A program made the translations under genes and the position numbers. A stretch of DNA of 62,418 nucleotides, the filler included, from Barthelona sp. PAP020 (Eukaryota), in NCBI GenBank assembly GCA_040182905.1. It is 6 parts of 6 records of this genome, joined end to end, with 100 filler letters (N's around TTAATTAATTAA, not from the genome) between each part and the next. Parts side by side here need not be neighbours in the genome. Positions count along the whole stretch, not along the records: positions 41,853 to 52,128 come from JARQWU010000407.1; positions 52,229 to 62,418 come from JARQWU010000408.1; 4 more parts are not named here. One strand, written 5' to 3'. Numbering within the stretch: the first letter of the stretch is position 1; each line of letters begins with the position of its first letter. Shown in pieces: positions 45,216 to 55,058 of the stretch. Under the pieces are notes generated by a model, which worked only from the letters and a program-made list of their open reading frames with translations, was not told where the DNA came from and did no database searches.

Positions 45216-47045
45216 CTATTCGTTCAGATAATTTGAATTGGTGTCATTTTTTGTTTCAAAATATTTTCTCCAAAAAAACTGAATGAGAAACATGATTCCC
45301 AAAACAAAAATTGAAGAAAAAACAAATATATCAAACTTTAGCACACATTCAAGCCTATTTTGACTTGACTTAAAAAAAAACCCGCAATCATAGCATTGTT
45401 CATCACTAACAATACTGTTTTCTTCACAAATAACACAGCTATCTCTGTTTTTGTTTGGAAAACTGCCTGAAATACATTTTGTACAAATTAACGCACTTTC
45501 AGAACTGATAGTTCCTGCTGGACAAGTGATACATCTTCTTTCAAATTCATAGGTACCAGCCGGACATTTAAAACACGTTGTACGATTTATTGAAGATGTA
45601 TATCCAACTTCACAATATACACACCAAGGTTCTAATACTCTGACCATTCCTTCCTTACAAAGAACACATTTACCATCTGAAACCTCAAAACCAACTGGAC
45701 ACAATATACATTCGGTTCTCAACGTATTAGCAATGTATCCAGAGGTACATTTCGTACATTCTTTTTTATTGTCTGTTCTAATTGTGTTTTGTGGGCATCT
45801 AATACAAACTGTACCATCCTCATTGGCGATTTCTCCAGGTTCACATGTCTCACATATACCACCTTCTGAAACACTAATTGAATCAGCAGTACATTTAATA
45901 CATCTGTTTGAAAAGCCATGACTGCTATATCCGATAGGACATTTTGAACAATTTTTTGAATTTTCGACAATGAATTCTCCTTTTTTACATCCAATATATT
46001 TATAAACAGAAAGGTTTAACAAATTATGCTCAATTTCCAAACTTTTAACCAACAATAGAATATCAGCATTCACATTCATTCCTACAATGTTAAAACTTGT
46101 TAATGTGTTACCAGTGAAGGTGAATATGTTATCATCATAGTTAAACACATATAATTTCATGCTACTGAAACCTTTCGAGTATATATATATGACATTTGGA
46201 TCTGGAAGATAGATAGTGGTGAAAACATCATATAGAACCAACCTTTGTACAATAGTTTCTTCATTTTGAGGTCTTTGATGAAAAATCAGAATATTACCCA
46301 TGCTTTTTGACCAACATATCAAAGAATACACAGCTGTTTTATGATCCATAGCAATTTCGCATTGAGCATGAGTCATATCAATGTCGGAGGTAGCATATTG
46401 AAAGATTTGATCCCCATCAACTGAGAGCAACTTTATTTCATAGTATTCTTTACCACTGACTTTCATGACATACGCAAAGTACCCCTTAAAAACTTTAATC
46501 GTTTGAATTACATCAGTTCCTGGCAACAAATATTGGAATGCGTCACTGCTTGTCTGTTCATTTGGAGCATAATTGCAAATAATTGCTTGATATTTTTTCT
46601 GTTCATCATATTTCCATTTAACATAGCATAAAGTGGTATCATGAGTGTCAAAAACAGTAACATTTACATCTAATAAAATACCATTATTATCATAATTATA
46701 AAAAGCATATAATTCCATCTTTTGTGTCAATCCAAAGAAAATAAAATCCAACATGTAATTGACACCAAAAGACTCAAAGTAATAATTCAATGTAACATTT
46801 TGAATAAATGCTAACACATAATTTTCATAATTAAAATCATACCGTTGCAAACAAAATTCATTATCATTTATTTTTTGAAATAAAATAATATTGTTGTTAT
46901 TAATGTAAGAATAAACATACGAATTATCGTTTAATCCATTAATTTTTTTAGTTTTGATAAGTTCAAAAGGTAAATTACAAAAGATTATTTGAAGAAAAAA
47001 GGATATAAGAATTAATTTCCTAAAAAAATGGAAAAAGTTCATCAT
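45216..47045 (-). CDS. Cysteine-rich type I surface protein (CxxC-x-G repeats, GCC2/GCC3-like)
   Basis: N-terminal hydrophobic signal, repeated C..CP.G units, a C-terminal TM helix and a short tail. Confidence 0.8.
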   Translation of the reverse strand: MMNFFHFFRKLILISFFLQIIFCNLPFELIKTKKINGLNDNSYVYSYINNNNIILFQKINDNEFCLQRYDFNYENYVLAFIQNVTLNYYFESFGVNYMLDFIFFGLTQKMELYAFYNYDNNGILLDVNVTVFDTHDTTLCYVKWKYDEQKKYQAIICNYAPNEQTSSDAFQYLLPGTDVIQTIKVFKGYFAYVMKVSGKEYYEIKLLSVDGDQIFQYATSDIDMTHAQCEIAMDHKTAVYSLICWSKSMGNILIFHQRPQNEETIVQRLVLYDVFTTIYLPDPNVIYIYSKGFSSMKLYVFNYDDNIFTFTGNTLTSFNIVGMNVNADILLLVKSLEIEHNLLNLSVYKYIGCKKGEFIVENSKNCSKCPIGYSSHGFSNRCIKCTADSISVSEGGICETCEPGEIANEDGTVCIRCPQNTIRTDNKKECTKCTSGYIANTLRTECILCPVGFEVSDGKCVLCKEGMVRVLEPWCVYCEVGYTSSINRTTCFKCPAGTYEFERRCITCPAGTISSESALICTKCISGSFPNKNRDSCVICEENSIVSDEQCYDCGFFFKSSQNRLECVLKFDIFVFSSIFVLGIMFLIQFFWRKYFETKNDTNSNYLNE

Positions 47046-47196
47046 ATAATTTTGTAAGCGTCAATAATCTGTAAAAAACTTGCCATTGAAGCGAATTTAA
47101 AAAGAAAAATGATTTCAAAAATGAGGAAAAAAAAAATTCACAAATTTTCATTAATCTTTTCAACCCAATTTTCGCTTTTTCTGGCATTCCGATAAG

Positions 47197-47679
47197 ATGG
47201 TTCATTCCTACGGTTTAAGAAGTGGTACTCGTTATCTCTTTTCACGTGATTTCCGCAAAAAAGGTACAATGAAAACTTCCACAGTTCTTCGTACTTTTAA
47301 GATTGGAGACTATGTTGATATTAAGGCTGATGGTGGTGTTCAAAAAGGTTTACCCCACAAATTCTATCATGGAAAGACTGGTCGTGTTTGGAATATTACT
47401 CCCCGTGGTGTCGGTGTTGAAGTTTTGAAGAAAGTTGGTCATAGATACATGAATAAGCGTATTTCCGTTAGATATGAACATGTTGTTCCTTCTAAATGTC
47501 GTGATGCTTTTGTTGCTCGTGTTAAGAAGAATGATGCTTTGCGTGCCGAAGCCAAGAAGGCTGGAAAGGAAATTTCCACTAAGGTTCAACCTGAAGGTCC
47601 CAGAGGTGCTTTTATTGTCAAATCTAACAAGACTCAACAACAAACCATCTCTCCTGTTACTTTCGAACAACTTTATTAA
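47197..47679 (+). CDS. RPL21: 60S ribosomal protein L21 (eL21)
   Basis: MVHSYGLRSGTRYLFSRDFRKKG...GDYVDIKADG.VQKGLPHKFYHGKTGRVWN. Confidence 0.98.
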   Translation: MVHSYGLRSGTRYLFSRDFRKKGTMKTSTVLRTFKIGDYVDIKADGGVQKGLPHKFYHGKTGRVWNITPRGVGVEVLKKVGHRYMNKRISVRYEHVVPSKCRDAFVARVKKNDALRAEAKKAGKEISTKVQPEGPRGAFIVKSNKTQQQTISPVTFEQLY

Positions 47680-47906
47680 TTTTAATTGATAAAGGTGTTT
47701 GAGAATCACTTTTACTGTCCGTAAATCGTAGCCATTTTTTTATTCATTGTGTTGTTACTTTGTTTTTTTTTGGTCCTGTATCTTTCATTTTTTAAGTTAT
47801 TCTTTCACTTCTTCAGAACAATTTTTTTTATTTATCATTTGTTTTTTTCTGAATGAAGATTTTGTAAAAGGATGAGGCTGGTCTAAAAAAGGAGTTTTTC
47901 TTTTTT

Positions 47907-48818
47907 ATGGATAATCACGATGAAATAGGGGATAGTATCGATTATCAATATCCCGAATGTGCAGATGAAAGAAGAATGATTGAAAAATGGAAAGAAGTTT
48001 TATTAAATCCAAAAAAATTTGACAGTCAATATTTGCGTAACTTAGTATTAAAAGGGTTACCTAATGGTTTAAGGGGAGAATTTTATTATTATTTTGGAGG
48101 TGGGAGGTCTTTGAAAAGAATTCAACCAGGTTTGTTTCAAAAATATTCTAATTCAATCCCTGAAAAAGATAAAGAAATTATTGATGTGGATGTTGATCGA
48201 ACTTTTCCAACACATCCTTTATTTTCTTCGGAAACTAGTTCTGTTTCTGCCAGGCAAGCATTAAGAACTATTTTGTATGCATATTCCAGTATTGAAACAA
48301 CTATTGGATATACTCAAGGAATGAGCACAATTGCAGGATTGTTTTTATTATTTTTACCAATTGAAGACAGTTTCTATGTATTTACTTCATTGATTGATAG
48401 TGTCTTTAGTGATTTATATAGTGAGTCAATGCAACAGATACAGTCAGATTCCAAAGTTTTACTTCAATTAATTGAAAATAAATGTAATTCAACAGCCAAA
48501 ACTATCATTCAACATTTAAAAATTCCTTTTGTTTTCATTGCTATAAGATGGTTTTTATCAGGCTTTACATACTGTATCCCATTTAGTTATTGTATTAGAC
48601 TCCTTGATTTGATAGTTTTGGATGGATTTGTTGTTTTTTTTAAAGCATCAATTGTTCTTGTTGACACTTTGAAAAAATGTCCAAGTTCTGTGAATCCTAT
48701 TCATTGGCTGCAAACTGTTCCTGTTGAACGGTTATTCACAAGTCAAGAGTTTTTAAAGTTAGTCAATGATGTTGATCTTACTCCCTTAGATATTGCAAAT
48801 ATCCAAAGGGAATTGTAG
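47907..48818 (+). CDS. TBC-domain Rab GTPase-activating protein
   Basis: GLPNGLRG, IDVDVDRTFP (R finger), GYTQGMS (Q finger), RWFL. Confidence 0.92.
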   Translation: MDNHDEIGDSIDYQYPECADERRMIEKWKEVLLNPKKFDSQYLRNLVLKGLPNGLRGEFYYYFGGGRSLKRIQPGLFQKYSNSIPEKDKEIIDVDVDRTFPTHPLFSSETSSVSARQALRTILYAYSSIETTIGYTQGMSTIAGLFLLFLPIEDSFYVFTSLIDSVFSDLYSESMQQIQSDSKVLLQLIENKCNSTAKTIIQHLKIPFVFIAIRWFLSGFTYCIPFSYCIRLLDLIVLDGFVVFFKASIVLVDTLKKCPSSVNPIHWLQTVPVERLFTSQEFLKLVNDVDLTPLDIANIQREL

Positions 48819-49172
48819 TTTTATTGTAAAATTCAAAAGAAAAGACAAATGTAAATAGTTATTTTTCATTTTTGATTGTTTTGAAAACAAAGTTGAAATT
48901 TCAGCAAAGCAAAAATCCAAACATGGATAAATTAATTTATATGAATTTTGCAGTTTCTATGCGTTTTTTTTCCAACAAAAAGGAAGTGAAGAGCTGTTCA
49001 TAAAATCTTCCTTTGGGAATTTTTGTTTGCGATTCTTTTTCTTTTCGATAAAATCAGTTATCTTTTTGAAATGAAATCATCACAGATATAATTTGTTCTT
49101 TTAAAAATATCTTTAGTCTTGTAAAACAATATTAAGATTTTTCATTTTTGGATTATTTTTTTTTTTCAAAAA

Positions 49173-51779
49173 ATGAAAGAAGAAACCATTAATTTAGACC
49201 CAGAGTTACATCAAACCGAAAAGAAATTACATTTATCAAAAAAAGATTCGATAATCTTTGTTGTTGCGGGATTAATTAATTTTGTAATATTTGGTTTGAA
49301 TTTTTATAGTTATACCATTTCTTTAGTTAATCCTTTTTTAATTTTTACTGGAATTGCAGGATTATTTTTGTTTTTATGTTTGATTTTAACTTTTGGAACG
49401 ATTCCGATAAAAATGATTCAAAGTTTTAGATTTATTTCTGTTGAAAAGCGTCATTTATTGAAAGATAAGTGGAGAACTATGAAAAAAAGTGAAATTAGAA
49501 AGCAATTGATGTATTTTTCCATTATTCAATTTTTTTCTGTTTTTGTTTCAATATTTGTTGAACATGATATGAATATTCGATTGTTTGCAATCATTTTACT
49601 GTACTTTATTATTTTTATTTTAGCTGTTCACAAGATATTGCAGTTAGCAGTAATCAATTTGATGAAATTTGTTTTTAATGTATTTTTCGCAAAATCAAAT
49701 GATTCACTCCTTGAAATATCTCAATTTTCTGGCAAAAAAGTCCTTATTTTTTATTGTTTCTATTTTTTGATGTATCTGTCTCCTATTATCATGGTATGGA
49801 GACGTGGAAGTCCTTTTGATTTGCGATGGTTTGTTTCCACATTTTTTCTCTGTTTAATGATAGTTTCAACAAGAATTCATTCTTCTAAAACATTGAAAAC
49901 AATCAGTTTTATTGTAGCTCCTTGTGTGATATTGATTCATATTTTTAATATTTCGGTGTATTGGGTTGCTCATCATTCAATTTCACATGATGCTTTGTTT
50001 CATTTGGATATTGGTAATGTAGAAACTGTTTTGAATGTTTTTTGGAGGGAATGTTTAATTGGTGTCATTTATTTCTTTTTGTGCATTCCTTGGTATGTGC
50101 CTCAAAGTGTTAAGAATCAAGATTTCTTTAATGTTAAAATGGGAGTGATCTTAATTTTGGTGGCTGTTTTTTGTTTTTCACCATTTTGGGATATCTTAAC
50201 AGTTACATTACCAAGTGGTGATGGTGAAGACGTTGAAATTGAAGTTGAAGCAGATGAAAGTGGTGATTCAAAACCTATTGATAGGTCAGACAAAGATCAA
50301 ACGTCAGAAGATGAAATGGACGGTGATCATGTGGATAAGGGAGATGATACTGACTCTTCAACAGACAAAAAGGTTTCAAAGAAAAAAACCTTATATCAAT
50401 ATTTACATGATCGAGTTTTGTCGCTTCCAAAAACAAAAAGAAGACCTAACATTATTATGATCATTGGTGAGAGTGTTGAAAGGACTTATTTTACATCAAA
50501 TGATTTGAAACACTTAAGTAAGTTCACTACTGAACAATTCTTACCCAAATCTGTTGATTTTTCTAACATTCATCAGTATTCAGGCACTGGATGGACTATG
50601 GGTGGCATTTTCAGTTTAATGTGTGCATCACCCTTATTAACTAAGTCTTCTGGTAATACTGTTTTAGCGGCTGTTGATTTCAATGGGAAATTAACATGTT
50701 TACCACAATTGGTCAAACAAATAGGGTACAATACTGTTTTTGCTTCTGGAGCATATGAAAACTTTGGAGGTAAGAAAAAGTTCATGCATGCTGCAGGATT
50801 TGATGAAGTTTCTGGAAAAGAAACTCATTTGAGAAGTTACCCTCGTCGATATTTTGATTGGTGGGGGTTGTCTGATGATAAATTATATGAGTTCTCAGTT
50901 GAGAAGATTAAATCATTGGAAGCAAAAGATGAACCTTATTTTTTTTCAATGTTAACTCTCGGTACTCATGGTCCTGATGGTGGAAGTAATCCAGCTCCTG
51001 AATGTAATTCTTTTAGAAGACAAACTAATCCAATGATGCATGTTGTACAATGCCAAGATTATTTATTTGAGAAATTTTATACAAATTTGAAAAATGTTGT
51101 TGATTTAGAAAACACTTTATTTGTCTACGTTTCTGATCATTTGGCAATGGGGAACAAAGTATATCATTTGCTTGAAAAGAACCCCGACCGAAGAATGCTT
51201 TTTCTCATGCATGCACCTTGGCTAGATGGCAAACAAATTAATAAGCCAGGAACCCATTTTGATATTGCCCCAACCATTGCTGGAGCGTTGGGTTTTGAAG
51301 ATTATGGAAAATTCACATTGGGACAAGATTTGTTACACCATGATAAAGGGTTTGTATTTGAGAAAAATTGGTCAGATGATTTTTTGGAAAAGAATTTTGA
51401 TGTTTTGAAGTTTATTCGAACTTCAACTCCACCTAAGTTTATTTTAGAATTGAATGGAAACAGTCTATACATAAAAGTTGGAGAAATGCATGTTCCTATC
51501 AGTTTTGAAGGATTCAATTTAAAGCCTCCTTATACAAAATTCAGCTTTATTGTTGAGATTGAGAAAAAATCTTGGACTGTCATCGGTATTTTTAATAAGC
51601 CTGCAAATGAAAAGGTTTGGACAGATGATGAACTGGATGAAATTTTAGTTGTGTCCTTTAATACATACAGTGGGTTTTCTATTATTTATGACATTGGTAA
51701 AACGTTGGCTGTTCCTAAACATCAACCAAAATCAGTTGAATTTAAGTGGGAAAATGATATATTTAGTTTAGTTAGTTAA
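49173..51779 (+). CDS. Multi-TM phosphoglycerol transferase I (OpgB/MdoB; LTA-synthase/sulfatase fold)-like protein
   Basis: About 8-9 N-terminal TM segments. Then NIIMIIGESVERTYF, DFSNIHQYSGTGWTMGG..SLMCASPL, FGGKKKF, WGLSDD, TLGTHGPDG and VSDHLAM follow E. coli OpgB motifs (GESLERTYF, GTDYTIAG, WGFYDD, TVDTHHPDG, SDHLAM). Confidence 0.85.
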   Translation: MKEETINLDPELHQTEKKLHLSKKDSIIFVVAGLINFVIFGLNFYSYTISLVNPFLIFTGIAGLFLFLCLILTFGTIPIKMIQSFRFISVEKRHLLKDKWRTMKKSEIRKQLMYFSIIQFFSVFVSIFVEHDMNIRLFAIILLYFIIFILAVHKILQLAVINLMKFVFNVFFAKSNDSLLEISQFSGKKVLIFYCFYFLMYLSPIIMVWRRGSPFDLRWFVSTFFLCLMIVSTRIHSSKTLKTISFIVAPCVILIHIFNISVYWVAHHSISHDALFHLDIGNVETVLNVFWRECLIGVIYFFLCIPWYVPQSVKNQDFFNVKMGVILILVAVFCFSPFWDILTVTLPSGDGEDVEIEVEADESGDSKPIDRSDKDQTSEDEMDGDHVDKGDDTDSSTDKKVSKKKTLYQYLHDRVLSLPKTKRRPNIIMIIGESVERTYFTSNDLKHLSKFTTEQFLPKSVDFSNIHQYSGTGWTMGGIFSLMCASPLLTKSSGNTVLAAVDFNGKLTCLPQLVKQIGYNTVFASGAYENFGGKKKFMHAAGFDEVSGKETHLRSYPRRYFDWWGLSDDKLYEFSVEKIKSLEAKDEPYFFSMLTLGTHGPDGGSNPAPECNSFRRQTNPMMHVVQCQDYLFEKFYTNLKNVVDLENTLFVYVSDHLAMGNKVYHLLEKNPDRRMLFLMHAPWLDGKQINKPGTHFDIAPTIAGALGFEDYGKFTLGQDLLHHDKGFVFEKNWSDDFLEKNFDVLKFIRTSTPPKFILELNGNSLYIKVGEMHVPISFEGFNLKPPYTKFSFIVEIEKKSWTVIGIFNKPANEKVWTDDELDEILVVSFNTYSGFSIIYDIGKTLAVPKHQPKSVEFKWENDIFSLVS

Positions 51780-51917
51780 TTTGTTTTTCTTTATGATAAA
51801 TGCTTTGCTATATTTTATTTTCTTTTATTTTTTATTTTTATGTTTCTATTTGATTAACAAAGTTCATTCTTTGGGAAACTTTAAATCCAAAGTTTTTCAT
51901 TTTCATTACATTATTCT

Positions 51918-52128
51918 ATGTCAATTCCATTAATCATTGATTATGGAGCACATAGCATTAAAGTAGGTTATGCAGGAGATTTGGATCCAATGATACAATT
52001 GAACAATATCACTGCAAAATTTAAAAACAGAACAACGAATGAAACTGTTCTTCTTTATGGGTACGAAAATGAAGATATGGATATTTGCAGACAAACAATA
52101 CGTTCCCCAGTTGATGGTAATCTCTTTT
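51918..52128 (+). CDS. ACTR5: Actin-related protein 5 (INO80), N-terminal fragment
   Basis: PLIIDYGAHSIKVGYA...P...N..AKFKNR....LLYG.......R..IRSPVDGN. Truncated at the spacer. Confidence 0.65.
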
Positions 52129-52228
52129 NNNNNNNNNNNNNNNNNNNNNNNNNNNNNNNNNNNNNNNNNNNNTTAATTAATTAANNNNNNNNNNNNNNNN
52201 NNNNNNNNNNNNNNNNNNNNNNNNNNNN
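52129..52228. other. Artificial contig spacer
   Basis: N44-TTAATTAATTAA-N44. Confidence 0.98.
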
Positions 52229-54772
52229 TCTGAATCAATTTATGAGGATACATATCGTGGTTATGGTGGTGTTATTGGTTTTATTGGTAACAACAATGTT
52301 GAAATTGAAAAATGCAATTTCAGAAAGAATTTTGGTACATTGGGAGGTGTTTTTTCAAGGACTAGTCAAGGTAATGCTTTAACTCAAGACATCAGTTCCA
52401 TTTCAACCCATTGTTTGGAAGAAAATTCTAAACTCGTTGTGGATACTACTAGTTGTGAATTTACTGAAAATGTTGGTTCAGCAGGAAGTATTTATTATAC
52501 TACAACAAAAATATATGATTTTGACAGTGAAAATATTTTAGAAATTCCCCAATCAACCAATAAATGTGAATATTATGGTAACATTAGAGCAACACAATCA
52601 AAGAAACTAAGTTTATTGGAAAAAAAAAGGGAATTAACTGAAGATTATGAACCTTCTCTCGATTTAAAAATTGGAATTCTTGATGAATTTGATAATTTAG
52701 TTACCATTCCACAAAAGCTATTTGTGGGAATTCATGCAAAAGAAGCTGCATTGGCTTTACGTGCTAACCAAAGTGTTCAAGTGATCGATGGAATCGGACA
52801 TTTTACTGAAGTTGTTTTGATTGCTTCTCCAGATACTTATCACATTTTTGCTTCCGCAATGAATCATATTGCTGTTGAATTTGAAGTTTTGGTTGATTTC
52901 TGTTCTCCTGGTCAAGGTTATTCTGAAGAAGATAATCGTTGTGTGTCTTGTGTTGCTGGTGAGTATTCTGATGATAGCTCCAAAGATCCATGTAAGACTT
53001 GTGATGTTGGTCAATGGTCTTATACTGAAAGATCAACACAATGTACCGATTGTCCAATTGGTACTTATCGTTCAGAGAATATGGTTGGTTGTCAATCATG
53101 TCCTTCTGGTCATTATACTCCTTCAACAGGTTCAAGTTCATGTTTGGCTTGTCCTAGTACCAAAGTTTCGAGCCCTAACAGGGATAGTTGTGTTTGTAAG
53201 GGTGGAATGTATCCTGTTCAATTAGCTAATGGTACAACTGATTGTGAAAGATGCCCAGAAGGCTTGTTATGCTTTGGTTATGATGATTATTGTGTTAAAG
53301 AAGGATATTGGCAATCTAATGATACAAAAGAAGTATTTAAATGTGTTAATGAAGGTTGTGCAGGTACTTGTCAATCTAAACTGTCTCCTGATTTAGAAAG
53401 TAGCTTTTGTAATGAAGGACACACTGGATCAATGTGTGAATCTTGTATGGATGGATATTTCATGTTAGAACCACGTTGTGAACAATGTTATACGAATTCA
53501 ACGAATTATATCTTATTAGGTATATCCGTGGTGTTTTGGATCTTTATTTTTGTCAGTATTGCAGCTGATGTTAACAATCAAATCCAGATAGTTGGATATT
53601 ATAAGCCTTTGATTCGATATTTCCAAATTGCTGCTTCTGTATTAACCACTTCATCGATTCCCTTCCCATATTTCCTAAGAATGACGTTGTTGGCTAGTCA
53701 ATTATTATTCTTGGATGTTTCCAGAATTACTTTGTTGTTGTGCAACTTTGGTTTGGTTCATTGGTTCCCTGTTCGTTTTTGGACATCTTTTTTCACTATT
53801 CCTGTAATTTGGGGTCTAGTTTTTGGTGTTTCTATTATTAGAAAATGTGTTGGTAAATTGGATGAAGAAGCCAAACGTAGAATGATTCATAATGGTCTTA
53901 TTTTAACCCATGTATTTTTTGGCTCTGTGGTTTTTGGTGTTTTCCCCATATTTGCATGTCAAAATGTTGGCTCAACAAGCGTATTGTCAGTTGATTCAAA
54001 TACAACTTGTTATACCACCGAATGGTATATAATGGCCATTCCTGCAGGAATTTTATTGGGATTATGGGTCATTATATCCTTTATTTATATTCGTTCTGTG
54101 AAAAAGGAAGGAGTTGGAAAGGATGAAGTTATAGACAAGCGAAAAGATGCCCCATATTTAGCTCCATACAAAACCGCTTCACCGTTCTTTGAAGTGATGG
54201 AACAACTAATTTGTGTATTATTGATCAGTGGCCTATTGTTAACTGCCAGAGGAACAGCTTTCCAAGTAGCTTTGGGAATGTGTTTGTCTTTTGCTGCTAT
54301 TGCCTTGCATATTCAACATTGGACCTATTCAAAAGATAAGCAGAATCGTCTTCAGTTAGTTTATCTGGTGGCTATTTTATTATTGTTTATTTATGGTTTG
54401 ATCGTTAGGCTCAATGAATCTTCAGGTCAAAATTCAAGTGATATCTATGCTATTATTGTGGCGGTTGTTTTGATAATAATTGGTTGTGTTGGTTTATTCC
54501 ATTCCGTCAAAGCATTTGCAACTCGTAAATTGAATACCAGTGGAAAGAAATATAATTCTCACTTAATGTCAAATCAATTGAGAAACCCATTGGCTCGTTT
54601 ACAAGATGAAAGAGGAAAGAAATCCATGTATGATTCTGCAACCAATTCTAACAGTGATGAAACCGACATATCTTATTTTGGGTTATCTTTTGCACCAACC
54701 AACAGTTCTGTTCATAACAATGCAGATGATGTTGCAACAAATGGTCAAGAAATGCGCCCTTTCAGAATGTGA
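52229..54772 (+). CDS. Cys-rich ectodomain multi-pass membrane protein (5' truncated)
   Basis: Frame open from the contig start. Beta-helix-like F..N...GG repeats, CxxCPxG repeats, C.EGHTGSMCESC..GY, then about 9 hydrophobic segments. Confidence 0.8.
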   Translation, partial: SESIYEDTYRGYGGVIGFIGNNNVEIEKCNFRKNFGTLGGVFSRTSQGNALTQDISSISTHCLEENSKLVVDTTSCEFTENVGSAGSIYYTTTKIYDFDSENILEIPQSTNKCEYYGNIRATQSKKLSLLEKKRELTEDYEPSLDLKIGILDEFDNLVTIPQKLFVGIHAKEAALALRANQSVQVIDGIGHFTEVVLIASPDTYHIFASAMNHIAVEFEVLVDFCSPGQGYSEEDNRCVSCVAGEYSDDSSKDPCKTCDVGQWSYTERSTQCTDCPIGTYRSENMVGCQSCPSGHYTPSTGSSSCLACPSTKVSSPNRDSCVCKGGMYPVQLANGTTDCERCPEGLLCFGYDDYCVKEGYWQSNDTKEVFKCVNEGCAGTCQSKLSPDLESSFCNEGHTGSMCESCMDGYFMLEPRCEQCYTNSTNYILLGISVVFWIFIFVSIAADVNNQIQIVGYYKPLIRYFQIAASVLTTSSIPFPYFLRMTLLASQLLFLDVSRITLLLCNFGLVHWFPVRFWTSFFTIPVIWGLVFGVSIIRKCVGKLDEEAKRRMIHNGLILTHVFFGSVVFGVFPIFACQNVGSTSVLSVDSNTTCYTTEWYIMAIPAGILLGLWVIISFIYIRSVKKEGVGKDEVIDKRKDAPYLAPYKTASPFFEVMEQLICVLLISGLLLTARGTAFQVALGMCLSFAAIALHIQHWTYSKDKQNRLQLVYLVAILLLFIYGLIVRLNESSGQNSSDIYAIIVAVVLIIIGCVGLFHSVKAFATRKLNTSGKKYNSHLMSNQLRNPLARLQDERGKKSMYDSATNSNSDETDISYFGLSFAPTNSSVHNNADDVATNGQEMRPFRM

Positions 54773-55058
54773 AGTGATTATTCACAAAGAACTTTCAAGT
54801 TTTGAGGTTTTTTTTTATGTTTTAGTCTGTGTACAGTTTTCGAATAACATATTTTAAACTGTATATTATCGATTTTTCAAGTTTTCTTTTGAAATGTTGA
54901 AAAGTTATGTAAACTTTTGGAATTTTTTATTTTTTTTTTTAATTTTAGGAATTGGGAATTTGGATTTTAATAAAAAATAAAATAATTTATGAATTGTCAA
55001 AGGAACTGAAAAAACATGAGAACTTGAACTCAAAATCCATTTTTTACCTTTTGTGAAA

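Noticed and set aside
47170..47199. AG immediately before the ATG (also near some other starts) as evidence of general trans-splicing
   Set aside because: Several genes (nicotinamidase, HAD hydrolase, Sec13-like, CAMK-like kinase) lack a nearby upstream AG, so there is no consistent outron signature.
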